A stretch of DNA of 63,852 bases, filler included, from Folioceros fuciformis (Eukaryota), in assembly GCA_049999805.1 (NCBI GenBank). It is 11 parts of 11 records of this genome, joined end to end, with 100 filler letters (N's around TTAATTAATTAA, not from the genome) between each part and the next. Parts side by side here need not be neighbours in the genome. Positions count along the whole stretch, not along the records: positions 11,025 to 18,270 come from JBNGIO010002037.1; positions 18,371 to 29,735 come from JBNGIO010002038.1; 9 more parts are not named here. The stretch is one strand, 5' to 3'. Positions within the stretch are counted from its first letter, which is position 1, and every line of letters begins with the position of its first letter. Positions 11,277 through 23,220 of the stretch are shown here, one piece after another. Position numbers and translations under genes: made by a program. The notes under the pieces were generated by a model. That model worked only from the letters and a program-made list of their open reading frames with translations. It searched no databases and was not told where the DNA came from.

Positions 11277-12370
11277 CTACATTAAAGACAAATGCTTAGC
11301 ATGGTGGACTTTTGTTCCTAGAAGCTACTTGGCATCAAGATCCTGAACAATTCCGTCAATTTTTTAGGATGATGCTCACAACTTTCACTTACATTTGCAA
11401 CTTGGTGGCTATTGATCTTACAAGAAAGACTCCGGCACCCCTAAGGCAAATCCCAAACAGACAATTGGTGGTAGACATTCAAGTAGCCCTAGCATTGAGA
11501 CGCCTAGCTATAGGAGACACTTTCAAGTATGTCGGAGAGTTGTTTGGATTAGCTGAATCAATTGCATCAAAGATTGTATGACAATTTGTTCGAGCAATGA
11601 ATAGGAGAGCCAGAAATCTCATATCTTGGCCACAAGGAGAGACACTTGTAGTTACTAAGGCTAAGTTTGAGGAGCACCAAGGTTTGAAAAATTGTTGTGC
11701 TACTATTGATGTTACACACGTGAAGATTGAGCTTATGTCAAGAGAAGTGGCTACAGAATACTTCGATCGAAATCGTGACTATAGTGTCTGCATTCAAGGT
11801 TGTGTGGATATGGAGATGCGTTTCCTGGATATCTTTGTTGGATTTCCAGGATCAATGAACGATGCAAGAATACTGAGCAATTCAGGCTTGTATAAGAAAG
11901 CATTACAAGGTAATATCTTAAATGGGGATTCTGTGACAATGGGAAACTTCAGCATCCGCGAGTATATTGTGGGGGATGCAGGATATCCTTCATTTCCTTG
12001 GCTCCTTACACCCTTTCCTGGAAGGCATATATCTACAGAGAAAGATTATTTCAATTTCAAGCACTCCTCAACATGCATGGTAGTTGAACGAGCTTTTGGA
12101 AAGTTGAAAGGTACATGGAAGATGTTGAGTAGGACTATTTGGAAACCAGACATGGATAGACTATGGGCAATATTACTTTGTTGTTGTTACCTACACAACC
12201 TTCTCATCAATAATGGCGACTTGTCTGCAGACAATGAAGACCATCCTCATGATGTTGGATATCGAACTGTTTCGTGTTTAGCCATGGATGCAGATGGTGA
12301 TAGACTTCGACAGAACATTGCTAGAGTCTTGTGGTCCAGCCATCAACTGGCACATGACATGAGTTCCTAA
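11277..12370 (+). mobile_element. PIF/Harbinger transposase (HARBI1/DDE_Tnp_4-like), degenerate
   Basis: Motifs FRQFFRM, VALALRRLAIG, IDVTHV, GFPGSMNDARIL, YIVGDAGYP and FNFKHSSTCMVVERAFGKLKGTW. One in-frame TGA at 11579-11581; the 5' end is interrupted by the LTR-like repeat. Confidence 0.9.
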
Positions 12371-13013
12371 ATTAAATACCTACAGCAATTTGTCACCTAT
12401 CTTGCTCAAAGCTTCGCCAATTTTCATGAAAGCGGTGACAAGATTTTCATCCGTTGGGAGACACCAACTTCTTACCACAAGGTATGAAGATCTTGTAAGC
12501 AACAAGTCTCTTTAATGTTTACATTTTCCTTGCACTTGACATGCATGTTAGCTTACTACAATTGATTCTTGGAGACCAGGCCCGTAGCACAAGGCTAGGC
12601 CTCATGTTCAAGAGGGTGCCTACAACTTTAACTATGAGGTTATTGTGGTTGCAGACACCCCTAGTTCAACAAGAGAAACATCACATGGTGAAGGTCAACT
12701 CGACCCAATGGAGGAATATTTCCCCTCACCATCTGAATCTTTAAATGCTAATGGCATGGAATCTAACGATCCATCAGTCGAGAATCTTAGGAGTGCAAGG
12801 AAGAAGCGGAAAGTGCTAACAGCAAAACGAGGTGAAGAATTGTTTGCGGGCAGCAGTGCGCCAATACATCGGCACACTTCGCATGACCCGGCTAGAGTGC
12901 GCCGGTATACCGGCGCACTCCCTGCGACTCGTTAAACTACAACTCGTTAAACTGCAACAAACTGGGAACATTTGCAGCAAACATCATGAAATTAAAAAAC
13001 GGAACCCAAAAAA

Positions 13014-14360
13014 CTAATTCGTACCTTGTTTTTGTTTATCTGTTTCATAGCGAATGTTTCTCTTCAGATAATCGCATGTAGTACAAAACGAAAATCTGTT
13101 CGTTTTTGGAATACGCACCTTCGGGAAGTGCGAGGCCCATAGCTGATAGAAGTAAGAGTACAAAATGTTGTATTGTTCTACTCTGCTCATTTGCCGCTTG
13201 TAGTCTATGAAAGTTTCCTCCTTGGTGTAAGAGTCCGGCAAATGGTACAGTTCAACATTTGGCATATGCTCTGCAATGAGGAGAAACAATTGATGCATCC
13301 ATACGCACGTGGCAGCGGCGTACCCTGGAGTCCGTGGCTCAGAGTGGATGGCTCCCGACCAAACAATGTTCCCAACAGCCCGTTCTTTCGCTGCCTCATA
13401 CATGTTTGAACCAATGCAGTACACTCTTTTGAAAGCGTCTCGACAACACCTTATTTTCTCCAACCCAAGTAAGAATGGTTCTGCGATTGGACGTGCGCTC
13501 TCAGTTTTCTCGACATCAAAATGCGCCTGCAAAAAGTTTCCTGCTCTGTCCTACTCATCTTTAGAAAGCGATATCGCAACTCTCTAAATCCCGGTTGACC
13601 TAGCCGTCTCAAACATTGTCTCGCACAACATATTTTTCTATAATCAAGGGAAATGCGAAGCTCTAAACACTTATCCTCTGGTATTGTTGAAGGTCTCTTC
13701 CACCGACATCGTCGATGATCTAGCGGAGTTTTGATTATTGACTCGGACACCGGCTTACAATTAAAGGTCGATCACTGGCTAGGTGTATGTCTGGAGTCTG
13801 AACACTCTTCACTACAACGCCCTTCTTCTATCGCATTTAGTCAATGGTTCACTTCCTGCATATGTGTTCTAGCATCTCGGCCCCATTCTCCTGCGCCGCT
13901 CCCTCCCAAGAATCTACGGACATCAGCGTTCCTCCTCATAGGTGTGGTCTTCATCACTGCGCCCACAAATGAGTGTCACGGAGATGACCGGCCAAGAGAA
14001 CTATGAATTTCGTCTAGAAGACTCAGACGGATTGGTGAGGACCTCAACTCCTCAAACTGATGTGTGGAAAGATGGTCTCCTGGGGATAAGAATCATCTGC
14101 GGATTAGTACAACAGAAGCAAATCAAAGTCATATGAATCCACTTGCCCAAAGCATCGTCCGCTCTTCCTAACCTTCGTCGCTACTCTCTTCACAAGAATT
14201 CGGCATTTTGCCATACGCTGATGAAGGTTCGTTTGCCTCAGATGCATGAAAGTCCAAAGTGTGTGTATACCCTTTGGCTTGGCTGGCTTTCAAATGTGCA
14301 GCGTTGTCACAATACCTCCCCATCAAGTCCAAAAGCTCAGGTGTGTAATGCATTCTGAAC
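13014..14360 (-). mobile_element. Degenerate DNA-transposase N-terminal exon(s), Sola/DUF7869-like family
   Basis: CCARQCL...ELRYRFL...CCRDAFKRVYCIGS...HMPNVELYHLPDSYTK...LWASHFPKVRIPKTNRFSFCTTCD, with a 1-bp frameshift near 13532 and a likely GT donor at ~13024. Clearly paralogous to the copy at 20500-21900. Confidence 0.6.
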
Positions 14361-14898
14361 GTTAGACCAAAAATAGAAGTAGCTGTTCATCGAGAATCGA
14401 CGCAATAAACGACCATCATAACGCTAATTCGATTTGAACGTTTGAGACACAACATAACTACCGATTCAGCCAGAAGCGCCGCCGGATACGACCTGCATCA
14501 CGCTATAAATGAATTGGCGGCTGGTAACAGTGGATGTTCCGTGTCAGCTGAACAGGTCGTTTTCGAAAACTTTCTCGTACAAATCCGGTGATTGGGAACT
14601 TCTTCCACAATAGCTTTCGTCTCCAGAAAACACTGCCTACGGTGCGACTCTTTCTCCATCGTGGTGCACAGGAATGGCGTCTAGTCGTCGTAGCAACAAA
14701 CTTTAGGTTGTCGAGAGGGATGTTGAGGCCCTTCCAAGAGTTCAGAAGCAAAGGAACGCGGGGAAAGCAACTGCGCGAGCTTCATCTGCTCACAACCCCA
14801 ACAGAGATGGACACTGACCTGCACCACTCGGTGGCAAAGAGGCGGCTACTCCCGTTGCCCAGACTGCCGCAGGCAGAAAAGATAACTCAGGTGGGAGG

Positions 14899-16654
14899 GT
14901 GAGAGCATCCAATTCAAAAGCAAGCGAAGGACCTGTGAACCACATTCCAATGACTGTGAATCACGGAGGGAGTACTGGAGGAAGTCAGAATTATAACATT
15001 CCGAATGCCTACAACTTTGTAGAGTGCTTGAGACTGAAGAAGTTAGAAGACAGTCTAGCCAAAAGATTCAACACTGACAAGGAATGGTTTTTGATAGGTA
15101 AAGATGAGCCTGATGACTTCAACTTGTCGTGGATTCCTCTGGTTGCGTTATGGGTGAATGGGTTTCAAGGCTTGGGTTAGGACGAAGCAGGAAGGGCAGG
15201 ATGGATTCTTTGTGCGTCTGTGGACAGGGAAGACGACGAAACTCACTTGAATTTCATCCTTACCAGACACCCACCAAGCCACATTACTGATGACTACAAC
15301 AGCCACAGCTTAGTAGTTTTGAATGTTGCGATCGGCACACTCGGCCCGGCTTGAGGCCGAGTGCGCTGGTAGACCGGCGCACTGAAGACCCGAGCATGCT
15401 ACAGTAGGGTTGATTTGTAGCCAGACTAATTTTCATCATTCTGGTTGCAGAAACTCTCAGAAATTGCGAACTTAGAGTCCCTGCCGAAGCCTTTCCAGGA
15501 TTTTGTGTATTCGGCGAAAAACTGGAAAGGATGGAGGAAGAGAAACAAAAGTTGGTGGCAGCAGATATGGGTGCATGGCTGTCAGATTTTCGAGTTCCAG
15601 CAAGTAACTCGAAGGTGAAGTACCAGGTGATTCAACAAAATGTGCTTGAAATGAAGGCATTCCTTGTCAAGCGACCATACACCCTGCTATTTGCAGATCT
15701 GCCTCGAGGCTTACAGCGACACGAGTTTGACAAGCAGTTGAAGGTGGCGGATTTGGAAGACATGGTCCGAGGGTTCAGTAAATGCACCTCGAGCAATATT
15801 TATAGGGTTATCCTAATGCACGGAGTGGACATGATTTCGTAAGCCAGGGAGGCCCCGCGGCCATGGTGCAAGAAGGGGAGCATCCAGACTTTAGTATGGG
15901 AGAAGACGAATATACCCCCGAACGCAGGAGTAGTTGAAACAGTGGAGTATATCATTGTTGAAAGTGCAGTGCACATGGAGGCTCAAGAATCAAAGGCTAC
16001 ATTGTTCGCGAATCACGGATTTCTGCTCCCAAGGGTTATCAGGCACGGAGCGGTGGTGAAGAAGCACTTGTTTCATTCAGCAGATGCGCATGTCGTCTCG
16101 CCTTACCAAAACCATTGGGCTTGATGCGAATGCTGATTAACATGTTTCCGTGTGAGGAGGACTGGGAGGTGGATGCATGCGCAGGGTCTAGTTCTTTGCT
16201 CCAAAGTGCGGTGCAGGGTGGAAAGCATGCAATTGCGATTGATGTGGATGTGAGGTGCACATCCTATATCATGCAGCGGATTATTGGGCTAGGGTCCTTG
16301 CCAGATGCAGATGAGGAGATAACCACGGAGTCTTTTACACGAGGCCCATCAAAGTTTTGGGCGACGGAAGTGTGCTGAGATGGGACCGTCGATCGCAAGC
16401 TGATGGTCTTAAGTATGTTGGGCAAGAAAGGAGAGGTTATACATCAGATTGATGATAGGCCCGCGGAAGACCTATACGCCATCACTGTCTGGGATGAGAA
16501 TTGCACTCTGCCGCCTCAAACTACAGAGGACCCAAACTTCTCGGTGCTTCGGGTGGGTGCCGATGACTTTGCAGAAACTGATGCGCATCGTTTGCATGAT
16601 TTGGATGTGGTTGTGGACTCTGAAGCGAACCAGGATGACCCTGTTTTTGTTTAG
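14899..16654 (+). pseudogene. Beta-class N6-adenine/N4-cytosine DNA methyltransferase-like gene (N6_N4_Mtase fold), disrupted
   Basis: Motifs occur in beta order: YTLLFADLPRG (motif IV position, 15696), LVWEKTN...VEYIIV, SPYQKPLGLMRMLI (after a 1-bp loss at 16108-16111), VDACAGSSS (motif I, 16172) and AIAIDVD (motif II). In-frame stops at 15840 and 16376. Confidence 0.72.
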
Positions 16655-17388
16655 GGTCGAGACTTCACTTAATTTGAAATTTGTTGTCACGAAATTTAAA
16701 GTACTTTTGAAGCCTTCTTTTGCTTAATAGACAATTTCCAATAGATGTCTTGGCCGCTCAAAGGATGCTGACAGTTGTTATTAATTTTCTTCCAGTCTTG
16801 AGAAAGACTATCCCACTTGCTCTTAGCTTGGCTAGGTGTGCAAGCTACATCATTCACCTTGCAATAACTGGCTACCTCTTCCCACCGTTCTATAGCCTTC
16901 TTGTTCTTCTCCCTATATTGCCTGCTAGCATTCTAGCTTCATGGTCTAGTTTTTGGGCAGCTTGCAAAACGTGAAGCGCCTACACCGTTCAAAGTTTCCT
17001 AGGGGCCTTAAATGCTTAATTGGTAGAGGGGGCTTGAGGGACACTTGGAGCTATAGGGACATGACATACAACAGATACACCAACTGGTGTAATTGTGGGT
17101 CTACTACTACTAGCAAATGTTGGCAATGCTAATGGAAGGGACAATGGATAAGAGCTAGGAGGAACATTAAAAAGTAGGGCAGCAATTCCTATAGATGCTA
17201 GGTGCTGGCCATGGGTTGCCTCTTCAATCGTGTTTGAAGATCGCTGGAAGAGAAGACCACCTGTGCTAGTGGACCTGCACCAATCCGTTATGTACTACGT
17301 TACAACACAGCCAGCGGTAGTGAAAGCCAAGAATCACGTGATACCTAGGATTACAGGGTTTGCTTGTGCCTACACGCTCTGATCCGGG

Positions 17389-17490
17389 CAAGGCAAGGTC
17401 TTCTCCGAGCTTGCACGCTCTTCTCCAAGCCCGCACGCTCTTCTCCTGGCTTGCACGCTCTTCTCCAGGACTGCACATTCTTTGCCAAGC
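17389..17490 (+). repeat. ~20-bp tandem repeat (CTTGCACGCTCTTCTCCAAG-like, ~4-5 copies) in probable LTR sequence
   Basis: Direct inspection; lies next to a PBS-like AGGTATCA on the minus strand near 17340. Confidence 0.6.
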
Positions 17491-18370
17491 TGCGAGGAGT
17501 GCGAGGAGTGCAAGATGGCTCCAGAAAACGCGCCAAAAATCTACCAGCGAAGGCCTATCCCTTGCCACGGTGGTGTCCAGCCGAGGTAAAAAACACCGAA
17601 AGTTTCGCTAGAGGTGGGTTTTCGCGCTCATTACGGGAGTTTGCAGCAACTTCCCCTCTTTGCGGAACATTTTTGGCGTTATGCATAGGTTTGGCAATGT
17701 CAGAAATTCAGCCGGAAGTGAAAGAACATGGGACCAGATGTGAAAAAATATACTGGTCTTGTAAAATGGGGAACAAAGGAAACCCCCACCGTGGCGCAGA
17801 CACGCGCCACATGCGCTAAAAATGTACCTGGCTTGTGAAACCGGCCTCAGCTTGCTGCCTGATTGGGTAAAGGAGAGAGCGCGGAGACAGGAACTCGATT
17901 ATGTACGAATATCATAGTGTGGCTGTGAAAGTTCATCTCCCAGAATTCAAAGTTGTCGTTGAACACACGAGCCACTGGGCAGCTACGTGGCCAGAAAAGC
18001 CCGGGCTGCTCAGGCGCCCGCCCATGCACGCCAGCAGGAAGTGGAAGTCCCATCAAGTACCGATAATTTGTATAAACTCTAAATATAACATTATATAATA
18101 TAATAATATAATACAATAAGACAAAACAGAACGGTGAGCATTTTATGCCACAGTTCCCGTCTGTGATCCATTTTCCTCTAAACCAATGAAAACAAGCAAG
18201 GCAGCATCAGGTGTGACACCTCTTATCTTGTCCCTCAGCTCGTACGAAACGAGGCAGGCAACCGAAGGCGNNNNNNNNNNNNNNNNNNNNNNNNNNNNNN
18301 NNNNNNNNNNNNNNTTAATTAATTAANNNNNNNNNNNNNNNNNNNNNNNNNNNNNNNNNNNNNNNNNNNN

Positions 18371-19866
18371 CCTCAAACATGAACTGTACTCTCCAGTGGC
18401 TCGAACTTCAACAGTAAGATTTCTACTTGCTCTAATTGCTGAGCTTAATCTAGAGATTGAGCACATGGATGTCACCACAGCATTCCTCTATGGCAACCTG
18501 GAAGAGATGATCTATGTTAGCCAACCTCAAGGGTACGTGCAAAAGAAGCAGGAACGGAAAGCTTGCAAATTACTCAAGGCCCTATACAGTCTCAAACAGG
18601 CTCCAAGAGCGTGGTATAACAGAATCAATGCTTACAAACTGTCTCTTGGGTTTGTCAATGCAGACTCCGATCCTAACATGTACGTCTTGTTGAATGACTC
18701 TGGCATGGTCATAATTGCGTTATACGTAGACAAGCTAATGGTTGCTGCAACCAGCAAACCACTCATGACAAACATTAAACAGAAGCTTGCAGAGGAATAC
18801 AAAATGAAGCAGCTTGGTGACCTAAGTTATTGCTTAGGTGTTCAGGTGGATAGGAATAGAACCGCAGGCACAATCATCCTACACCAAGCAAAATACATAC
18901 ATGACATTTCAGTTCGCTTTAATCTTGAGAATGCGAAACCTATGAACACGCCCCTGGCAATGGGAGCTAAGCTCACGTCAGATGATCAGCCCACAACAGA
19001 ACAGGACAAAAAAGACATGGAGTCTATCCCCTATAAAGCTGCTCTGGGATGCTTGATCTACCTGAGTGTTTGGACTCAGTACGACATCAGTAAAGCTACT
19101 CAAAAGGTAGCTCAGTTTTCGCAAAATCCTGGTAGAGTCCACTGGTCAGCCATGAAGCGCATCTACAGATACCTGCTAGGAACAAAGAACCTCAGTGTAA
19201 CCTATAAATCTTCAAGCTCCTCAAGTCTTAAACTGCTGGGGTGGTCAGATGCAGACTGGGCTGCTAATCCCGATTCTTGAAGAAGTGTAGCATCATTCGT
19301 CTTTGCCCTTGTTGAAGCGGCTGTTTCGTGGTCTTGTAAGCTCCTGCCAACCATCTATCTGAGCTCAACCAAGAGCGAGTACGGGGCGCTCACAAGAGCA
19401 GGCAAAGAGGCGGTCTCAGGGCGTGCTACATTGGCAAGACTACACCAGTCCTAGACAGAAGCCTACGCAGCGTCAGACAAAGGTTACCACAACCTCCAAT
19501 CTGTGAGGATCTCAGCGAATTACGATCGTGGTGGTGTCAAGGAGTTAACAAGTTCCATCGACGGTTGAACTTTCGAAGACAACCGAAACAAGGATCGGCT
19601 GAGTGGGAGTGTTAGATTAGGTTTTGAGCAGCCTTATCCAAGTTATTTAATTAGGGCTTGTTCGTTTGACACTCTAGATAGTATCTCACTGGTCACGTCT
19701 TTAGGAATTGCCTGTTCAAGTCACAACGGTTTGGTTGGGCACCGTACCCCTAGTTCTCACCACGGGATCCTTTCTTAATTCATCTTTGTTTTCATCTCTA
19801 TCGAACTTCCCACGTTCACGGCCTATTCATTGAATCCCTTGACCACCTCATGCAAGAACATCAACA
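18371..19866 (+). mobile_element. Ty1/Copia RT-RNase H fragment with PPT and 3' LTR from 19610
   Basis: MDVTTAFLYG, KALYSLKQAPRAW, ALYVDKL and GWSDADWA; PPT GAGTGGGAG followed by TGTTAG. The LTR end at ~19866 is tentative. Confidence 0.88.
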
Positions 19867-20499
19867 TATGATCGGATAAATAATCCTACTTCTTGTGTTG
19901 GAGGAAGCATAGGAGCCATTTGGCTAGGCCTAGGAACTGAGCAGACGCCATCTCGCGCGTCAGCTAGCCGTTGGCCTCTCGCCCTATCGCTGCCTTGAAC
20001 AATGTTGTTGTTGCTGCCACCGTACTTCGCTTCCACAGGGATTGGATTACAATTCCTCCAGCTTCCTCCAGGCTGCGCCCATACACCACTCTAACCAAGT
20101 CCAGGTCCCAGTCCTGTGGTTTGCCCCGTATTCCTCCCATCGGCACCTTAACCCGCAGCTGCTGTGCACACTCTCGCACCAGGCTCGGGTTCGCATAGTT
20201 CCATCGCTTTGTCATGAACCCGAGACCCAACTGCTCTACTAGTTCACCTGCCCGGACCCTCCAGTGGTTCATGTTGGGCTAGAGAGCATCCTCGACTTGC
20301 ACCATAGGTCTGGGTGCGATGCTCCTGCAGGGATCAACCGCCTTTAGCTCAACTAATGACCCTGCCATCCATCGCCACTCCAGGGTTAGCTTGCGCTGGC
20401 ACCACCACCTATCCTGCTCCTCACAACCTCGCGCTTCCTCGATCCGATCAGGAGATGGACACTGTCCCGCGTCCGCTGCCTCCTCCCTGGTCACCATGT

Positions 20500-21900
20500 T
20501 TAGCTTGTACGCCTCCTTCAGCAATAACCCCTCGTAGGCATAAATCACATCCTGTATTATGTGGATTGTTAAGTTTGTATCATTATGTATATTGGGAAAG
20601 TTTACGTAAACCTTTGTCTGCATGCCTATATTGTAGACGAGACACCCAACCACATGAAAGCGAATAATCCCCTCAGCAAAATCCTTTGGGGGACCTGGAA
20701 AATGAGGCAGCTCTATCTTGCTTTGATCCATTGCATTGATAGCCATCCCCATATACTGGATGGGGCGGCCTTGACATTTCAATTGATGTTTTCCGAGCTT
20801 TTCTCGCTTGGCCTTGATTTGTGCTCGGTGGTCGCGTAGCTATCCTTCGAGGGCTTTTGGCGATTCACAGAGAGAACAACGTCCGAACCATTTGCCGCCG
20901 ACATGCTACCAATTCCCGAAGGGCCCTCACCCAACCCCCCACACATATACAAAAGTATGTTTTCTATAGAGCACAAAAATAAGAATGAGAAACATTGGTT
21001 AGTCCAGCAGTGCAAACCTCACACTTGTACTCAAGGAAAATTTTGCCTTTTGTATATGAGTCAGGTAGATGGAAGATCGATGCATTCGGTAGTCTCTCAG
21101 ACGTTAGCTTGAAGAAATGATCCATCCAGGCCAAACACTCAAGGATGTGGTTCTCTTTTGAATGACATCTTCTATTCAGTTTAGATGACCATGGAGCATT
21201 ATGCAATACACGGCTCTTCAAATCTTGGTACCTTTCTGATCCAATACAAAAAACCTTCCGAAAGCTTTCGAGACAGCATGCGACCTTCTCCTCACCGATG
21301 ACACAAATGGAAACTGATCGCATTTAACCCAAACCAGTCTTCGCCTCCAATAACCCTTCCAAATACAGTTCTTGTTGTTCCCTGGCCAAAGTTAGAAATC
21401 GGTATCGCAATTGCTCGATATATTTCTTCCCAATCTTCAACAAGCATTCATTGTTGCAATAATGAGATTCCTAAGCTCTCTGAATCAGCCTTGGAACACA
21501 TAGCTTCTTTGCTCAAACATGCGGATTGGGCACGTAAGGCTCTTCGTCTTTGAGGACTTGGATCCTTCAAGCTCTCACTGGCCACGCGTTTTGCTAAGTC
21601 GTCTCCATTGATGGCTTCAAGGAGCTCACCTCTTCCTCCTACATGCGCTCCGCCATCACTCCCAGTCTCATGCATGCCTTCCTCGAATAATCTTCTATGT
21701 CACGATTGCGGTTCAGCATCGTTCTTAGAGTCTGAGCTGTTCCAAACCTTGCTTCGACTTGAGCTTGAACTTCCTTGATGCGGAAGGCCTCCATCGATCT
21801 TTGACGCGCGCACCGGCGTTGTGTTGACAACCTTCACACTTGGGAATGTCGTCTGCTCCAGCGTTGTGTTCAAAACTCTACGACTCAATCTGCCAACAAC
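20500..21900 (-). mobile_element. Second degenerate copy of the Sola/DUF7869-like transposase, including the start of the catalytic region
   Basis: QLRYRFL, CCLESFRKVFCIGS and HLPDSYTK match 13014-13750. It continues into INAMDQSKIELPHF...FHVVGCLV...HNDTNLTIHII; broken by stops and an internal replacement. Confidence 0.62.
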
Positions 21901-23220
21901 AAAGACGAGGCCTCTTGGAAGACTTCGATAACCTCGTCTACCATCCCTGCCAGCGCAATTTCCTACTACGTGCCCTTTGGCACTTGTCTTCTGCTTCTCC
22001 GCAAAACCCAGGCTACCTCCAAGCTAGCAAATTGGAGTTGGAATGAGAATCCAGAATAGTAGTTGTCGATGCTTCCCTTACCATCTGGACGTTACCACAA
22101 GCGGCGAGTTTCAAACGGTCGTAGCCACTGCTTCCATTGGTAGTATTATTAGTAGTTTTTAATTGTTGTTCCTATTAAATGTTGGTTGGCCTGTTAGAGT
22201 AAATGCTAATGCCTTTAAACTTTGGATAACTACAATTAAGGGAATAACCTAAGGTTACGCAACTCCAATTAGATTACTTGCAAACTTTGGATTTCATTGC
22301 CACCAAACTGCCTAACCTTAAGTTTTTCAGGGCACCATCTACTACATACGTTCCCTGCCCGCACCATCTCCGTCTCCTCCCTTTTGCCTCACTGCTCTCA
22401 CTGGCAACATCTACTTAAATATGCCATTCGAAGATTCTACAAAGTGTGTGTTCGAACTGGTTTGGGTGCGCCACATCATTCCTACCAGCCTTCGTGTTGT
22501 GCTCGAAATCGGAGAGGGAGGTTGCGTCACTACACTTGCAAACACCCAACTCGTGCTCATCACCAACAGTGAAGGAGGGTGCGCCATGGGATTTGGAGCT
22601 ACACACTTTGGTTGTGGTTGGCAGCTCAAACGGAAGCGCGACACTTGTCACCGTGACCTAGGTCTCAATCTGGCTGGAATTGCAATAGGGGGAGCGCACG
22701 TCAAGATTTACAGCCAGAGGGTTCGAGTTCATCGCAAGTGCTAAATGATTGCGGAAGATGGGATTTGCACCGACATATTTGGATTGTAATAGGGTTTAGG
22801 GATGGGTGGCGCACTACAGCAGATCTCTTTGGTTCAAGCTCCACTCTAGCTGCAAGTGCAGGGAGGGGGCGGTTCTGCGGGATTTCCATCAACACTAAAG
22901 GCTTAGCTTGGTTGGAAACAGTGAAGGACGGGGCGCTACAGGTTTAGGAAAGCTGGTTTGAAACTTTGAAGGAGGGTGTTATAGGATTCATAGCAAGGTT
23001 GCTTTCCAGCCTCCCAATAACCTACCTTCTTTGGATCACAATTCATAGTGGCGCAGTCCCTCACACGCACTCAGAGGAGGTGTTCATAATCCAGCACCTA
23101 GTTACCAGACTACAGGGCCTACTTGCTTAGCTCCTACTTGCTAACCAGTCCTTGTTCGTGTGGTCTTTATTTGACCTAAACCCAACCATCCCCACATAAC
23201 AGGTTTGGATGAACATGTGG

